Assembly (NCBI GenBank): GCA_964654765.1
Contig: CAZZKY010000074.1
Span: forward strand, 1-62,477
Origin: an uncultured bacterium
GTDB taxonomy: Bacteria; Hydrothermota; Hydrothermia; UBA1063
Length of the DNA: 62,477 bases
Direction: 5' to 3'
A program made the translations under genes and the position numbers. The notes below the pieces were generated by a model. That model ran no database searches and had not been told where the DNA came from. It worked only from the letters and a program-made list of their open reading frames with translations. Below, piece after piece: positions 1-10,185 of this stretch (positions are counted from its first letter, which is position 1; the number at the start of each line of letters is the position of its first letter).

Positions 1-738
1 ATTGAGAGTGCAAAGAGCAAGAAACTGGAAGGAAAAGTCACAAAATTTCTTTATGAAGGACCAAGAGATAGGAGCAGTTTTGAAGTATTTAAAAATTACG
101 AGACTGCTTTAAAAAATGCAGGATATAAAATTTTATTTCAAGGAAGAGGAAGAGAAGAAATATATGGGATTTATGTATTTCTTGAAAGGAAGAATAAAGA
201 TTTTTTAGGTGGATGGGAAGATCCTGACAAAGGCTGGTACTATCTTTCAGCATCCTCCCCTGATGAAAAGTTATACATATCAATTTTTGTGTTAACATCT
301 TATAGAGGTCCTCGTGCTGCTGTTTCAATAGTAGAGCCAAAAGGAATGGAGGTTGGGCTTGTAACTGCAGAAATGATGGAAGAAAGTATCCAAAGAACTG
401 GTAAGGTCGCTTTATATACCATATATTTTGATTTCGATAAGGCGGATTTAAAACCAGAATCAAAACCAACGATTGAGGAAATAGCAAAACTTCTTAAAAA
501 GAATCCAAAATTAAGACTTTATGTCGTGGGTCATACTGATAATGTGGGAAGCTTTGATTACAATATGAATCTTTCTCAAAGAAGGGCTGATGCAGTTGTT
601 AAAGAACTTGTTGAGAAGTACGGAATCTCCAGAGAAAGATTAAAACCATATGGTGTTGGTCCCCTTTGTCCTGTTTCCAGTAATTTAACGGAAGAAGGTA
701 GAAGCAAAAATAGAAGAGTTGAACTTGTGGAACAATAA
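1..738 (+). CDS. OmpA-family protein, 5'-truncated by the window edge
   Basis: Frame 1 is open from base 1, upstream of the GTG at 289. C-terminal OmpA-like peptidoglycan-binding domain: YFDFDKADLKPESKPTIEEIAKLL...LYVVGHTDNVGSFDYNMNLSQRRADAVVKEL...NRRVELV. Confidence 0.85.
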   Translation: MESAKSKKLEGKVTKFLYEGPRDRSSFEVFKNYETALKNAGYKILFQGRGREEIYGIYVFLERKNKDFLGGWEDPDKGWYYLSASSPDEKLYISIFVLTSYRGPRAAVSIVEPKGMEVGLVTAEMMEESIQRTGKVALYTIYFDFDKADLKPESKPTIEEIAKLLKKNPKLRLYVVGHTDNVGSFDYNMNLSQRRADAVVKELVEKYGISRERLKPYGVGPLCPVSSNLTEEGRSKNRRVELVEQ

Positions 739-1282
739 AATACATTCTAATCTCTTTTATTTCATTTAATGCAAAACTTTCAGAAAAAGCACCTTTGCAA
801 AATTGCTGCACATAAAAATAAATGTGCAAGGTCATTAGCAGATAAAAGTTCTGGCAAAAATCAGTTAAAGTAAACTTTAGTGAAGTATTTTAGCAACGAT
901 CACAAAAACCTATTAGCCAAACTTTATTAAAAATATTATTTTGAGTCGAAAAAAGAGTTCGGAATCACCAAATAGCCGTTAAAAAGGAAACCGATGAGAA
1001 GAATTTTAAAAGAGAATTAACAAGTGAGCAACCACAGTTAAATATAAAAAAACAGGATTTCCAATTAGTTTACAAATCCTGGTTAGGCCTACCATCCAGA
1101 TTAATAAAAAGTGGACAATTTTACCACCACCTTTATGTACCCACATTAAAAACTAACCAAATCCTTGCAAACACAAAAACACGTGAACTCAACTCCCAAA
1201 TTACTTAGATAGCAAAGCATCAAATTAAATCTTCCATGTACCTAAACCTGGATTTATAATTTCATTAAAATAAGGAGGCCAT

Positions 1283-3493
1283 ATGAAAGTCGTGCGCATT
1301 TTATTCTTCTTTTTTGTACTACTCGGCTCTAACTTAATGGGTAGTACTCTCTCTATAGTAAGAGTTTACGTTCAAAATTACAAAGAACTTGAAGAAAGGG
1401 TTTTAAAATATTTCCAAAAGGGTGAATTTCCAGAAATAACGGGGGTTCGGCCTAAGGAATGGTACGACCTTCTGGTTGACGAAAAAGGACTTCAAAAGAT
1501 AAACTCGTTGAACATAAAATACGAAATAATAATACAGGATCTTGAAAACGAAAAGAAGAAGGTAAAAGACAGTTACCACTCTTACGAGCAAATCACAACT
1601 TTACTAAGGAACTATGCCCTGAGCTACCCATCAATTTGTAAAATCGAAAGTATAGGACCCACTTATGAAGGAAGGTGGATTTATGGAGTTAAGATTTCAG
1701 ACAACGTTTCAATAGATGAAGAAGAGCCAGAACAACTTTTTTCAGGTTGTCACCATGCAAGGGAATGGGCAAGTGTGGAAGTTCCAATTTTTATAATAGA
1801 CACTCTACTCCAAGGATACGGGGTTAACCAGACCATAACTGATATCGTTAATAACCGTGAAATATGGATTTTTCCCGTCATTAACGTAGATGGGTACATA
1901 TACGATTATTCTGGCGGTGGAAGAAGCTGGAGAAAGAACAGGGAACCTTACAGGAACGCTATTGGTACTGACCCGAACAGAAACTACAATGGAATATGTG
2001 ACAGTAATGCAATAGATGGATGGGGCGTTATAAATTCATCCGCCGTGACTCACTACCCAAGCCAAGAAACTTTTTGTGGAAAGCGACAGCACTCTGCTAG
2101 GGAAATTTCTGCCTACGCAGAATTTATAAAATCCCACAATTTTGTAACCATAGTTGACTACCACTCCTACTCTGAGTTAGTACTCGCACCCTGGGGACAC
2201 AAGTATGATGCAACACCTCACGAAAGTTGGTACAATGCAATAGGAAGTGCAATGGCAAATCTAATTGGCCGTCTCGAAGGAGGTACATATACTTTTGAGA
2301 AGTCTGTGGAGCTGTACCCCACATCAGGAAGCTCAACCGACTGGGAGTACGGTTGGTACACGTACGTTGATGGTACCCCCTGTTTAGCTTTCACAGTAGA
2401 AATAGGAACTGCGTTTTATCAGAACACATCCGATTTGCCTCACATAAAAAGAGAAAACTTCGAAGGCGCCCTATTCCTCCTCCAAAAAGGGGACTCTATA
2501 TATCAGTTCATGAAAACCATACCACCCGCACCCATGATTATCTCTCCTGCCGGTGACACCGTCTCAGATTCAATCCTATTGATATGGACTGTTCCCAACA
2601 GGGATTTTAGCCAACCTTCAGCATACGAGATTCAAATACTAAAAGGTTTTAATAAAATATCAGAAGACTTTGAAGGTAATATGGACCTTTGGGTAATCGA
2701 AAACTTTTCGGTTTCTACTCAGAGGTCCCATTCTGGCAGTAAATCTCTCCTATCTGCCCAGTCAAATTATGCTGCATGTCAGGCACGAACGAAGTATCCA
2801 TATTTTGTTGAAACCGGCGACAGCTTTTGCTTATGGACTTACTACGATATTGAAACCGATTACGATGCTGCAATAGTAGAAATATCTACCAATTTAAGAG
2901 AATGGCTTCCTCTCGAAACCGAAAGGATCACAGGACAAAGTTCAAGCTGGATCTACAAAAGGTATGACCTTACAAACTATGAAGGTAAAAGCGTGTATTT
3001 TAGAATCCGATATATGACCGATGGCGGCGTCCTTGGGGAAGGTATTTACATCGATGATGTTTACCCCGTTGCAAGGTGGGACTCTATCATAACACTCCCG
3101 CAGGTAACAGATACTCTTTATGTGCTTAAAGGACTTGATACAGGCACATACTACATTAGGGTAAGAGCTTATTCAAATCAGTTTGGATACGGGAATTACA
3201 GTACACTCAAAAAAGTTTACCTGACACAAACTCAAACCCTGACAAGGGATAATGAAACAAAACCTGAAATCTCAATAAAATATCTGGGAAGAGCAAACAT
3301 TAATATACATATTCAAGCGACGGACCCTGATTTAAAAATCTACGATGCCCAGGGTCGTTTGATCTGGCAAGTAAAACACAGTGGAAATGTAAAAACATCG
3401 TATCAATTGAGATTGCAAAAGAAAGGCATTTACTTCTACATTTTTGAGAGCGGAAACTATAAAACGAGAGGTAAAATTTTAAATCTGAACTAA
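1283..3493 (+). CDS. M14-family zinc carboxypeptidase with beta-sandwich extension and T9SS (Por) C-terminal sorting domain
   Basis: AAGGAGG SD 5 nt before the ATG. Signal peptide MKVVRILFFFFVLLGSNLMG. M14 motifs HHAREWAS, NVDGY, RKNR, DPNRNY, DYHSY. C-terminus DLKIYDAQGRLIWQV...KGIYFYIFESGNYKTRGKILNLN is typical of a T9SS CTD. Confidence 0.85.
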   Translation: MKVVRILFFFFVLLGSNLMGSTLSIVRVYVQNYKELEERVLKYFQKGEFPEITGVRPKEWYDLLVDEKGLQKINSLNIKYEIIIQDLENEKKKVKDSYHSYEQITTLLRNYALSYPSICKIESIGPTYEGRWIYGVKISDNVSIDEEEPEQLFSGCHHAREWASVEVPIFIIDTLLQGYGVNQTITDIVNNREIWIFPVINVDGYIYDYSGGGRSWRKNREPYRNAIGTDPNRNYNGICDSNAIDGWGVINSSAVTHYPSQETFCGKRQHSAREISAYAEFIKSHNFVTIVDYHSYSELVLAPWGHKYDATPHESWYNAIGSAMANLIGRLEGGTYTFEKSVELYPTSGSSTDWEYGWYTYVDGTPCLAFTVEIGTAFYQNTSDLPHIKRENFEGALFLLQKGDSIYQFMKTIPPAPMIISPAGDTVSDSILLIWTVPNRDFSQPSAYEIQILKGFNKISEDFEGNMDLWVIENFSVSTQRSHSGSKSLLSAQSNYAACQARTKYPYFVETGDSFCLWTYYDIETDYDAAIVEISTNLREWLPLETERITGQSSSWIYKRYDLTNYEGKSVYFRIRYMTDGGVLGEGIYIDDVYPVARWDSIITLPQVTDTLYVLKGLDTGTYYIRVRAYSNQFGYGNYSTLKKVYLTQTQTLTRDNETKPEISIKYLGRANINIHIQATDPDLKIYDAQGRLIWQVKHSGNVKTSYQLRLQKKGIYFYIFESGNYKTRGKILNLN

Positions 3494-4599
3494 TCTAAAT
3501 ATAATAACGGATTAACGGCCTTACCGCGGTCACGGATTTCAAAGTGGAGACGCGAGCCGAAATAGTGATCTGAAGTCCCCACTGAACCAATTACCTGACC
3601 TCTTAAAACTTTACTCCCAGTTGAAACATCCATTCTGTATAAATACGAGTACACTGAAAAGAACCCACCATGGTCAATAATTACGGTGTTCCCATACCCC
3701 GTCACGGTTCCAGTAAAAATTACCACCCCATCATCAATGGCCAGAACCGAACTCCCCGGTGTTGCCTCAATATCAATACCAGGATTGAATATCTTTGTTC
3801 CATACTTTGGATTTACTATAGTCCCGTACTCCATCACCACCCTCCCTTTTACGGGCCACGGGTATTTCCCTTTCGGACTCTTCGCAACGACGCGCTCTTC
3901 CCTCCTCTTCCTCTCCTGCTCCTTTTCAAGCCTTGTTATCAAAGCTTCCATCTCTTTGATAGCTTTTTCAAGGTCTGCCAGCCTCTTTTCCTCCATAAGT
4001 TTCCTTTGTTTCAAAGAAGCTAAAAGTTGCTCCTTTTGAACTTTTAAATACTCAAGGTTCTTCTTCTGATCAACAACCTCGTCCTTCATTGCCTGTACAA
4101 ATTCAAGATTTTCGTTTCTTAAATCCCTGTAAGCTTTAAGTTCGTTATAAATCTGCAAGGCCCTGTCTCTCTCCCTTTTTTCACTCTTAATAACATAATC
4201 AAGTAGATAAAAGACCTCCTTTTCTTCCTCGTCAGAAGGTAAATATTTCAAAATTTGGTTTTCAGGTGGAGTCTGATACAGCAAATTTAAACTGAACTTA
4301 ATTCTATCAGCGCGCTCGTAAAGCTCCTCCTCTTTTTGTTTAATCTGCACTTCCAATTTTGCAATCTCATTTTGAATGGAAGCCATATCTCTGTTTAGTT
4401 TTTCAATAAACCTCATTATCTCATCTTCCTTTTTAGTAATTCTCACGATCTCTTCCTCAGCACTTTTCATCCTTGTCTCCATCTGAGCAATCTTTTGCTT
4501 TGTCTCCTGAAACTCTTTTTTAAGCCTTTCCAGTTGCCGTCTGGATGTTTCTATATCGGCTACTTCAGTACAGAGTATAAAAATCAATAAAGCCTTCAT
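3490..4599 (-). CDS. envC: EnvC-like murein hydrolase activator (coiled coil + degenerate LytM/M23 domain)
   Basis: About 230 aa of K/E-rich coiled coil followed by an M23 fold (GIDIEA...GNTVIIDHGG...LHFEIR). Catalytic His residues are substituted: NPGID instead of HxxxD, RLH instead of HxH. Lies directly downstream of ftsEX with a 4-nt overlap. Confidence 0.75.
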   Translation of the reverse strand: MKALLIFILCTEVADIETSRRQLERLKKEFQETKQKIAQMETRMKSAEEEIVRITKKEDEIMRFIEKLNRDMASIQNEIAKLEVQIKQKEEELYERADRIKFSLNLLYQTPPENQILKYLPSDEEEKEVFYLLDYVIKSEKRERDRALQIYNELKAYRDLRNENLEFVQAMKDEVVDQKKNLEYLKVQKEQLLASLKQRKLMEEKRLADLEKAIKEMEALITRLEKEQERKRREERVVAKSPKGKYPWPVKGRVVMEYGTIVNPKYGTKIFNPGIDIEATPGSSVLAIDDGVVIFTGTVTGYGNTVIIDHGGFFSVYSYLYRMDVSTGSKVLRGQVIGSVGTSDHYFGSRLHFEIRDRGKAVNPLLYLD

Positions 4600-5420
4600 T
4601 TTTCAAGCACGTCAACGCTGAAAATCAGTTGAAGTAAAAGGAAAAACAATAGAAGAAGGTAAACGGGATAGAAGGGTATATGAAGCATCTTCGCGATCTG
4701 ATTAAAAACTGCTAATATTATAAAAGAAACAAGAACAAGTGGGATCGCTGAAGCGACAACAAAAGTTATTTCGAGTCCACGTTTTTCATAACCCAAATAC
4801 TCTACGAGGTCAAAGAGCTTCTTTTCCCTTGCAAAGATACTCCTCATAAAAGAAAGATTTAGCGGAATGTAGAGGATTAGAAAGGAGACAAAGATCCAGA
4901 ATCCCACAAGGATAATGGACTTTCTCAATCTGTAAATTTGTAAAGCAGATGTGTAATTATGCTGTACATTGGAGACAAAAGGAAATCTGGAAAAGAAATC
5001 TGTTAGGTCATTAATTAAATGGTTTCCAAGGCTTTTTTCGTTAAATCTTAACTCAATATTCTGTGGAAATGGGCTCTTCTGGAATATTGAAAGCAGTCCA
5101 GAATACTTGGGGAAGCGCTCGGCAAATTCAACCTTTGCCATTTCCTTACTAACATAGACCACCTTATCCACCGCCGGAAGACATTCTGCATAGACTTTGA
5201 TTGTGTTAATAACCTCAGGGGGTGCCTCGTCTTCGAAAAATATTTTCATAAAGCTAACCTTGAAGGATTCATTCTGAAGACCCGAAAGATAGACGTAAAA
5301 CTGTGTAAGGGTCGAAAAAATTAAAAGAGTAAGGAAGTAAATTACAGCGAGGAAGATAAAGTCGCTGATTGACTTTTTAAAAATGTGAATAAGTTCTTCA
5401 AGATAAAATCTAATTTTCAA
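4596..5420 (-). CDS. ftsX: Cell-division ABC transporter permease FtsX
   Basis: N-terminal TM helix, periplasmic domain and three C-terminal TM helices. Overlaps ftsE (11 nt) and envC (4 nt). Confidence 0.75.
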   Translation of the reverse strand: MKIRFYLEELIHIFKKSISDFIFLAVIYFLTLLIFSTLTQFYVYLSGLQNESFKVSFMKIFFEDEAPPEVINTIKVYAECLPAVDKVVYVSKEMAKVEFAERFPKYSGLLSIFQKSPFPQNIELRFNEKSLGNHLINDLTDFFSRFPFVSNVQHNYTSALQIYRLRKSIILVGFWIFVSFLILYIPLNLSFMRSIFAREKKLFDLVEYLGYEKRGLEITFVVASAIPLVLVSFIILAVFNQIAKMLHIPFYPVYLLLLFFLLLQLIFSVDVLEK

Positions 5421-6075
5421 TTTTTAATCTCCCTTCTTCAATTCTGAATACCCTCGCTTTTGGAACCTTCCCTATCACGTCCATATTATGAGTTGAAAGC
5501 AAAATCGTAACTCCAAGTTCGTTGTAAGCTTTCATTTTTTCAATCAACCATTCAATATCATTGGCGTGAAGGTTACTGAAGGGTTCATCTGCAAGTAATA
5601 GTTCAGGTTCGTTAATCATTGCCCTTGCAAGGGCAAGCCTCTGCTGTTCACCACGGGAAAGAGAAGAGACTAAATCGTTAGATTTATAGGTAAGTCCAAC
5701 ATCCTTTAGCCCAAATACTACTTTTTTCATCACATCTTCGTCACCTTTCAATCTCACTGGCAGTGCAAGATTTTCAAAGACAGTCCGATCTTCAAGAAGC
5801 ATCAAATCTTGAAACACAATCCCCATGCCTTTCCTTAGTTCAAGGAGCTTTTTCTTGCTAATCTTTTTGAGGGGATACCCATCCACTCTTACCTCTCCTT
5901 CGGCAGGAAATATATCCCCATAGATCAGCCTAAGTATAGTCGTTTTTCCAGCTCCCGTAGGTCCCACGAAGAAAACGAAGTCACCCTTTTTGATTGTGAA
6001 CGAAACATTACTAAGTGCATACCATCTTTCAGTGAATTTCACAGAAACCTTTTCAAATTCAACCTTGTTCGCCAT
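5410..6075 (-). CDS. ftsE: Cell-division ATP-binding protein FtsE
   Basis: Walker A GPTGAGKTT, ABC signature LSRGEQQRLALARA, Walker B LLLADEP. 221 aa, followed by ftsX. Confidence 0.9.
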   Translation of the reverse strand: MANKVEFEKVSVKFTERWYALSNVSFTIKKGDFVFFVGPTGAGKTTILRLIYGDIFPAEGEVRVDGYPLKKISKKKLLELRKGMGIVFQDLMLLEDRTVFENLALPVRLKGDEDVMKKVVFGLKDVGLTYKSNDLVSSLSRGEQQRLALARAMINEPELLLADEPFSNLHANDIEWLIEKMKAYNELGVTILLSTHNMDVIGKVPKARVFRIEEGRLKIEN

Positions 6076-7039
6076 AAACCTCCTTATTCACAACAGCAGG
6101 GGGAACCCTCCCACTGAAAAAAGCTTTCAAATTTTCAATTACCAGCTCGGCCATCCGTGTTCTCGCCTCAACAGTTGCACTTCCAATGTGGGGTAGCATC
6201 ACAACGTTATCAAGTTCAAAAAGCTCTTCAGAAACCTGTGGTTCAAACTCAAAAACATCGAGTCCCGCCCCATAAATACGCTTCTCTTTAAGGGCTTTTA
6301 TTAAAGCCTTCTCGTCCACTATTTTACCTCTCGCTGTATTAATGAAAATCGCATTAGGCTTCATCATATTAAATTCCCTCTCGCCGATGAGGTGATAGGT
6401 TTCAGGCGTAAGTGGTAAATGAAGAGAAATAATGTCAGAAACCTTCAGCAATTCATCGAGCTCAACCCTTTTCGCACTTACTTCCTTTTCCAGCACCTCA
6501 TTTTGCCTTCTGCTATAATAAACCACCTTCATTCCAAAACCTAAAGACTTAAGAGCAAAGGCCTGCCCTATTCTACCTGCACCCACAACACCAAGGGTCT
6601 TACCCTTAAGTTCAAGTCCAAGAAATAGCGTTGGAGACCACCCCTTCCATAAACGCCTCTCCACAAATTTGTGGGCTTCCACTACTCTTCTGGCCACAGC
6701 AAAAACAAGTGCCCAGGCGAGTTCAGCGGTGGCATCGGTGAGCACATCAGGGGTATTGGTAACGACAATTCCACGACGTGTACATTCTGTCACATCTATG
6801 TTGTCATACCCTACAGCATAATTCGCTACTATCTTGAGTTTTGGAGCGTTGTCAAGAATCTCTGAGTCAATTTTGTCAGTAAGAAGGACCACCAGTCCAT
6901 CTACATCCTTTACCTTTTCCTTTAAAACTTCCTTTGGAATGGGAGGCACACCATCATAAACTTCTACATCAAAATCTTCGAGGTATTCCCTCACATTAAT
7001 TACAAGATTGGATGTAAAGAAAATCTTTTTACGGGACAT
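6059..7039 (-). CDS. gyaR: Glyoxylate/hydroxypyruvate reductase (D-2-hydroxyacid dehydrogenase family)
   Basis: Near end-to-end resemblance to archaeal/thermophile GyaR: KIVANYAVGYDNIDV...VTNTPDVLTDATAE...GVVGAGRIGQAFA...HIGSAT...PPAVVNKEV. Confidence 0.85.
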   Translation of the reverse strand: MSRKKIFFTSNLVINVREYLEDFDVEVYDGVPPIPKEVLKEKVKDVDGLVVLLTDKIDSEILDNAPKLKIVANYAVGYDNIDVTECTRRGIVVTNTPDVLTDATAELAWALVFAVARRVVEAHKFVERRLWKGWSPTLFLGLELKGKTLGVVGAGRIGQAFALKSLGFGMKVVYYSRRQNEVLEKEVSAKRVELDELLKVSDIISLHLPLTPETYHLIGEREFNMMKPNAIFINTARGKIVDEKALIKALKEKRIYGAGLDVFEFEPQVSEELFELDNVVMLPHIGSATVEARTRMAELVIENLKAFFSGRVPPAVVNKEVYGEQG

Positions 7040-8093
7040 ACTTTTCTACCCCCGCAGGATCAACGTAAAGGTTTGTTCCCCTATACTTATCGAGCCTTTC
7101 TGAAAGATTACTAACAACCCTTAATATTTTCCCTTTTAAAGGCTTATCTTCAGTTACCTTTGATAGCTCGCTCTTACAAGCTTCCGCGTAAAACAAAGCC
7201 CTCCTTTTTTCTCCTACGATATAACTGGAAATTGCAAGGTAATAAAGCGAAACTCCAACATTATAGCTATTCCATGGTTGATCTCTTAAGGTCAAATAAA
7301 GAATAACCTCGTGATTTTTGAGTGCTTCTCTCCAAAGTCCCATTCGTCTTTGTATATAAGAAAGTGTCCACCTGAAGGTACGAGAAGTGGGATACATTTC
7401 CACGAGTCTTTCTGCAATTTTAAGGGCAGAATCGTTTTGATTGTCGTACGCAAGAACCCATACATAGGCATTTAAAGCAACTATACTAATATACTTTGAT
7501 TTTGTGGTGGAGAGTTCAATCTTCCTTAGCGCTTCCTCCTTGGAATATTCTCCAGGCAATAACCATTTAAAGGCAGGAGGAATTTTTGTCATCGCAAATT
7601 CAAAAACCCCGAGGGGTAGGTAAGCATCGTAAATAGAGGAGTCAATTTCAATACACTTTCTCAAAAGCTCAAGGCTTTTAAGCCCATATTTTATGGCAGA
7701 AATATATTCCCTGTTTCTACCCTTTCGTATAGCCCTATAGGCAAAGGCTGAACCTTCAGTAAAATAACTCCAGGCGACCAGCTGAGAATCTGAGTTAGCC
7801 CTTTCCCTTATCTTGCGTGACAACTCTACCGCTTTATCAAGAAGTTCATAAAAAGTCACCTCATAAATATCGGTTTCGAAATCTATCATGTACAGGTCCA
7901 GAAGCCCAGCTTTATAGAGATACCCTATAGGACTTGACGGGTAATTTTTAATGGCGAGGTCAAAATAGAAGGTGGCTTCTGTATATTTCTCAGCATAAGT
8001 GTACTCGAGGCCCTTCGAAATTAAGGAGTCCAGTGGTTCCCAGAATAAGGAATCTACCTCTCCAAGTATTGAAAATAAGAGGAAAAATTTCAT
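7029..8093 (-). CDS. TPR-like repeat protein, function unknown
   Basis: Helical-repeat composition (A/Y/L/E pattern; YAEKYTEATFYFDLAIKNYPSSPIGYLYKAG). Translationally coupled to sucC and gyaR. Confidence 0.5.
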   Translation of the reverse strand: MKFFLLFSILGEVDSLFWEPLDSLISKGLEYTYAEKYTEATFYFDLAIKNYPSSPIGYLYKAGLLDLYMIDFETDIYEVTFYELLDKAVELSRKIRERANSDSQLVAWSYFTEGSAFAYRAIRKGRNREYISAIKYGLKSLELLRKCIEIDSSIYDAYLPLGVFEFAMTKIPPAFKWLLPGEYSKEEALRKIELSTTKSKYISIVALNAYVWVLAYDNQNDSALKIAERLVEMYPTSRTFRWTLSYIQRRMGLWREALKNHEVILYLTLRDQPWNSYNVGVSLYYLAISSYIVGEKRRALFYAEACKSELSKVTEDKPLKGKILRVVSNLSERLDKYRGTNLYVDPAGVEKYVP

Positions 8094-9229
8094 TTGGAGG
8101 CGAGTTCGCTAACCAGCTTAGCCCCTTCTGCCATCCCTGAAACGCCATACAATGGAAGCCCAGACTTGTTAAGAATTTCCTTAGCCTTGTCTTCATTAGT
8201 GCCTGTAAGCCTAATTACTATGGGTAAGGTTATGTTTAGCTCCTTGTAAGCCTGCACAAGACCAGTTGCCACGTCATCACATCTTGTAATTCCTCCGAAG
8301 ATGTTTATAAAAATAGCCTTAACTCGCTTGTCCCTAAGTATAAGTTCCATAGCATTTTTAATCTTTTCAGGGCTTGAGCTTCCCCCAACATCAAGGAAAT
8401 TGGCCGGCTCACCCCCATAAAGTTTAATCACATCCATAGTGGCCATAGCAAGACCAGCCCCGTTAACGCAGCAACCAATATTTCCATCAAGTTTTACAAA
8501 GGATAGTCCCTTTGCCTTTGCTTCCAACTCCTCAGGATTTTCATAATCCATATCTCTCAAAGCTTCAAGCTCTGGGTGTCTATAAAGAGCATTATCATCT
8601 ATAATAATCTTCGCGTCAAGGGCAATCACATTACCATCCTCCTCTATAACCAGCGGGTTTATTTCGGCCAGCTGAGCATCGGTTTCCACATAAAGGCGGT
8701 ATAAAGATTTAATAAAAGATTGTATTCTTTTAGCAACATCTGGATTATCAGATAGTTTGAAGGCTAAGTATTTTGCCTCATAATCTTGAAGACCCAGATA
8801 TGGATGAAGTGGTAGTTTAACAATGGCCTCCGGATTCGTTCTTGCAACCTCTTCAATTTCAACACCACCTTCCTTAGAAACCATCACCACATTTCTCTTA
8901 CTCCCCCTATCGAGCACAATCCCAAGGTAAAGCTCCTCTTTAATTCTGGCCGCTTCTTCAACAAGCACCTTCTTAACGGGTAATCCTTTAATCTCCATAT
9001 TAAGAATTTGAGACGCAATATGAATCGCTTCTTCTTTGTTATTTGCAACCTTTATTCCACCCGCCTTTCCCCTTCCGCCAACAGGGACTTGGGCTTTTAT
9101 TACTACTGGAAAGCCAAACTCATCTAAAACAGCCTTAACTTCATCCAGGCTTTTGCACAATTTGTTCTTTTTCACCGGAACTCCATACTTAGAAAGGACC
9201 TCCTTAGAGGCATATTCTAACAATTTCAT
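8090..9229 (-). CDS. sucC: Succinyl-CoA synthetase beta subunit (ATP-grasp), no adjacent alpha subunit
   Basis: MKLLEYASKEVLSKYGVPV..., ...VVIKAQVPVGGRGKAGGIKVA..., ...NGAGLAMATMD..., ...PANFLDVGGSS..., ...INIFGGITRCDDVA. Confidence 0.85.
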   Translation of the reverse strand: MKLLEYASKEVLSKYGVPVKKNKLCKSLDEVKAVLDEFGFPVVIKAQVPVGGRGKAGGIKVANNKEEAIHIASQILNMEIKGLPVKKVLVEEAARIKEELYLGIVLDRGSKRNVVMVSKEGGVEIEEVARTNPEAIVKLPLHPYLGLQDYEAKYLAFKLSDNPDVAKRIQSFIKSLYRLYVETDAQLAEINPLVIEEDGNVIALDAKIIIDDNALYRHPELEALRDMDYENPEELEAKAKGLSFVKLDGNIGCCVNGAGLAMATMDVIKLYGGEPANFLDVGGSSSPEKIKNAMELILRDKRVKAIFINIFGGITRCDDVATGLVQAYKELNITLPIVIRLTGTNEDKAKEILNKSGLPLYGVSGMAEGAKLVSELASK

Positions 9230-10185
9230 CTTAAGACCTCCTTTGACCCAAAAAATTTACCATCCACTTTTCTCCCTGCAACAAAATCCCTCGCCAGCAT
9301 AATCCGTTTACTCGCTGGCTGTAACTCAATAATTTCCAGTATTCCATCTCCAGCACCCACGAAAAGGCTGCTGTCGGAAACTTTAATTTTCCCTGGAAGC
9401 AGGGAAAAAGCAGGATTTGAAATTTTAACTTTAAAAATTTTAACCAGCTCACCTTCTAAATAAGTCCTCGCCCCAGGAACAGGTGATAACGCCCTTACTT
9501 GATTAAAGATTTTAATGGCAGGCTCATGCCAGGAGATGAAGAGCTCCTCTTTTGAGATTTTGGGCGCATAGGTGGGCATCCCGCTTTGCGGCTTTGGGAA
9601 AACGTTATTATTTAAGTAACCGTAAAAGACCTTTCTCAGCATTTCTGGGACCGGTTTTGAAAGTTTCTCCAGTAATGTCCCCTTTGTATCGTCTTCCGTC
9701 ACAGGAATTACTTCACACAACACAATCGGACCTGCATCAACTTCCATGGTCATTTCAATAATTGTAACCCCAGTCATATTCACTCCATCCATTAAAGCTC
9801 TTTCAATGGGCGCGGGGCCTCTATAACGAGGTAGCAGAGATGGATGAATATTGAGGGTCGGAAACTTCGCAATCCTTAAAAAGGGCTCCTTCAAAATCTT
9901 GCCGAAGTCACAAACAACGAAAAAATCAAAATTCTTCGCTTTTATAATCTCATAGGTAGAGGGATCGTTTATTTTCTTGATTTCCATCAGACTGATCCCG
10001 GTGTTGAGAACAAAATCCTTCACAGGATTTGGGGTAGCTTTTCTTCCTCGGCCCGCAGGTTTATCAGGAGTTGTGACCACAAGGTCTGGGTTAAAGTTTG
10101 AATAATATAGTTCTTCTAATACTTCCCGAGCATAATACCCACTGCCAAGAAAACACCACCTATAAGGAGAAACGATTGTATTCAT
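9226..10185 (-). CDS. fmt: Methionyl-tRNA formyltransferase
   Basis: WCFLGSGYYA (Fmt N-terminus), ...NIHPSLLPRYRGPAPIERALMDG...TGVTIIEM...DAGPIV. The start is placed at the internal ATG (MNTIV...). The longer ORF to 10248 would overlap def by 89 nt. Confidence 0.85.
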   Translation of the reverse strand: MNTIVSPYRWCFLGSGYYAREVLEELYYSNFNPDLVVTTPDKPAGRGRKATPNPVKDFVLNTGISLMEIKKINDPSTYEIIKAKNFDFFVVCDFGKILKEPFLRIAKFPTLNIHPSLLPRYRGPAPIERALMDGVNMTGVTIIEMTMEVDAGPIVLCEVIPVTEDDTKGTLLEKLSKPVPEMLRKVFYGYLNNNVFPKPQSGMPTYAPKISKEELFISWHEPAIKIFNQVRALSPVPGARTYLEGELVKIFKVKISNPAFSLLPGKIKVSDSSLFVGAGDGILEIIELQPASKRIMLARDFVAGRKVDGKFFGSKEVLR

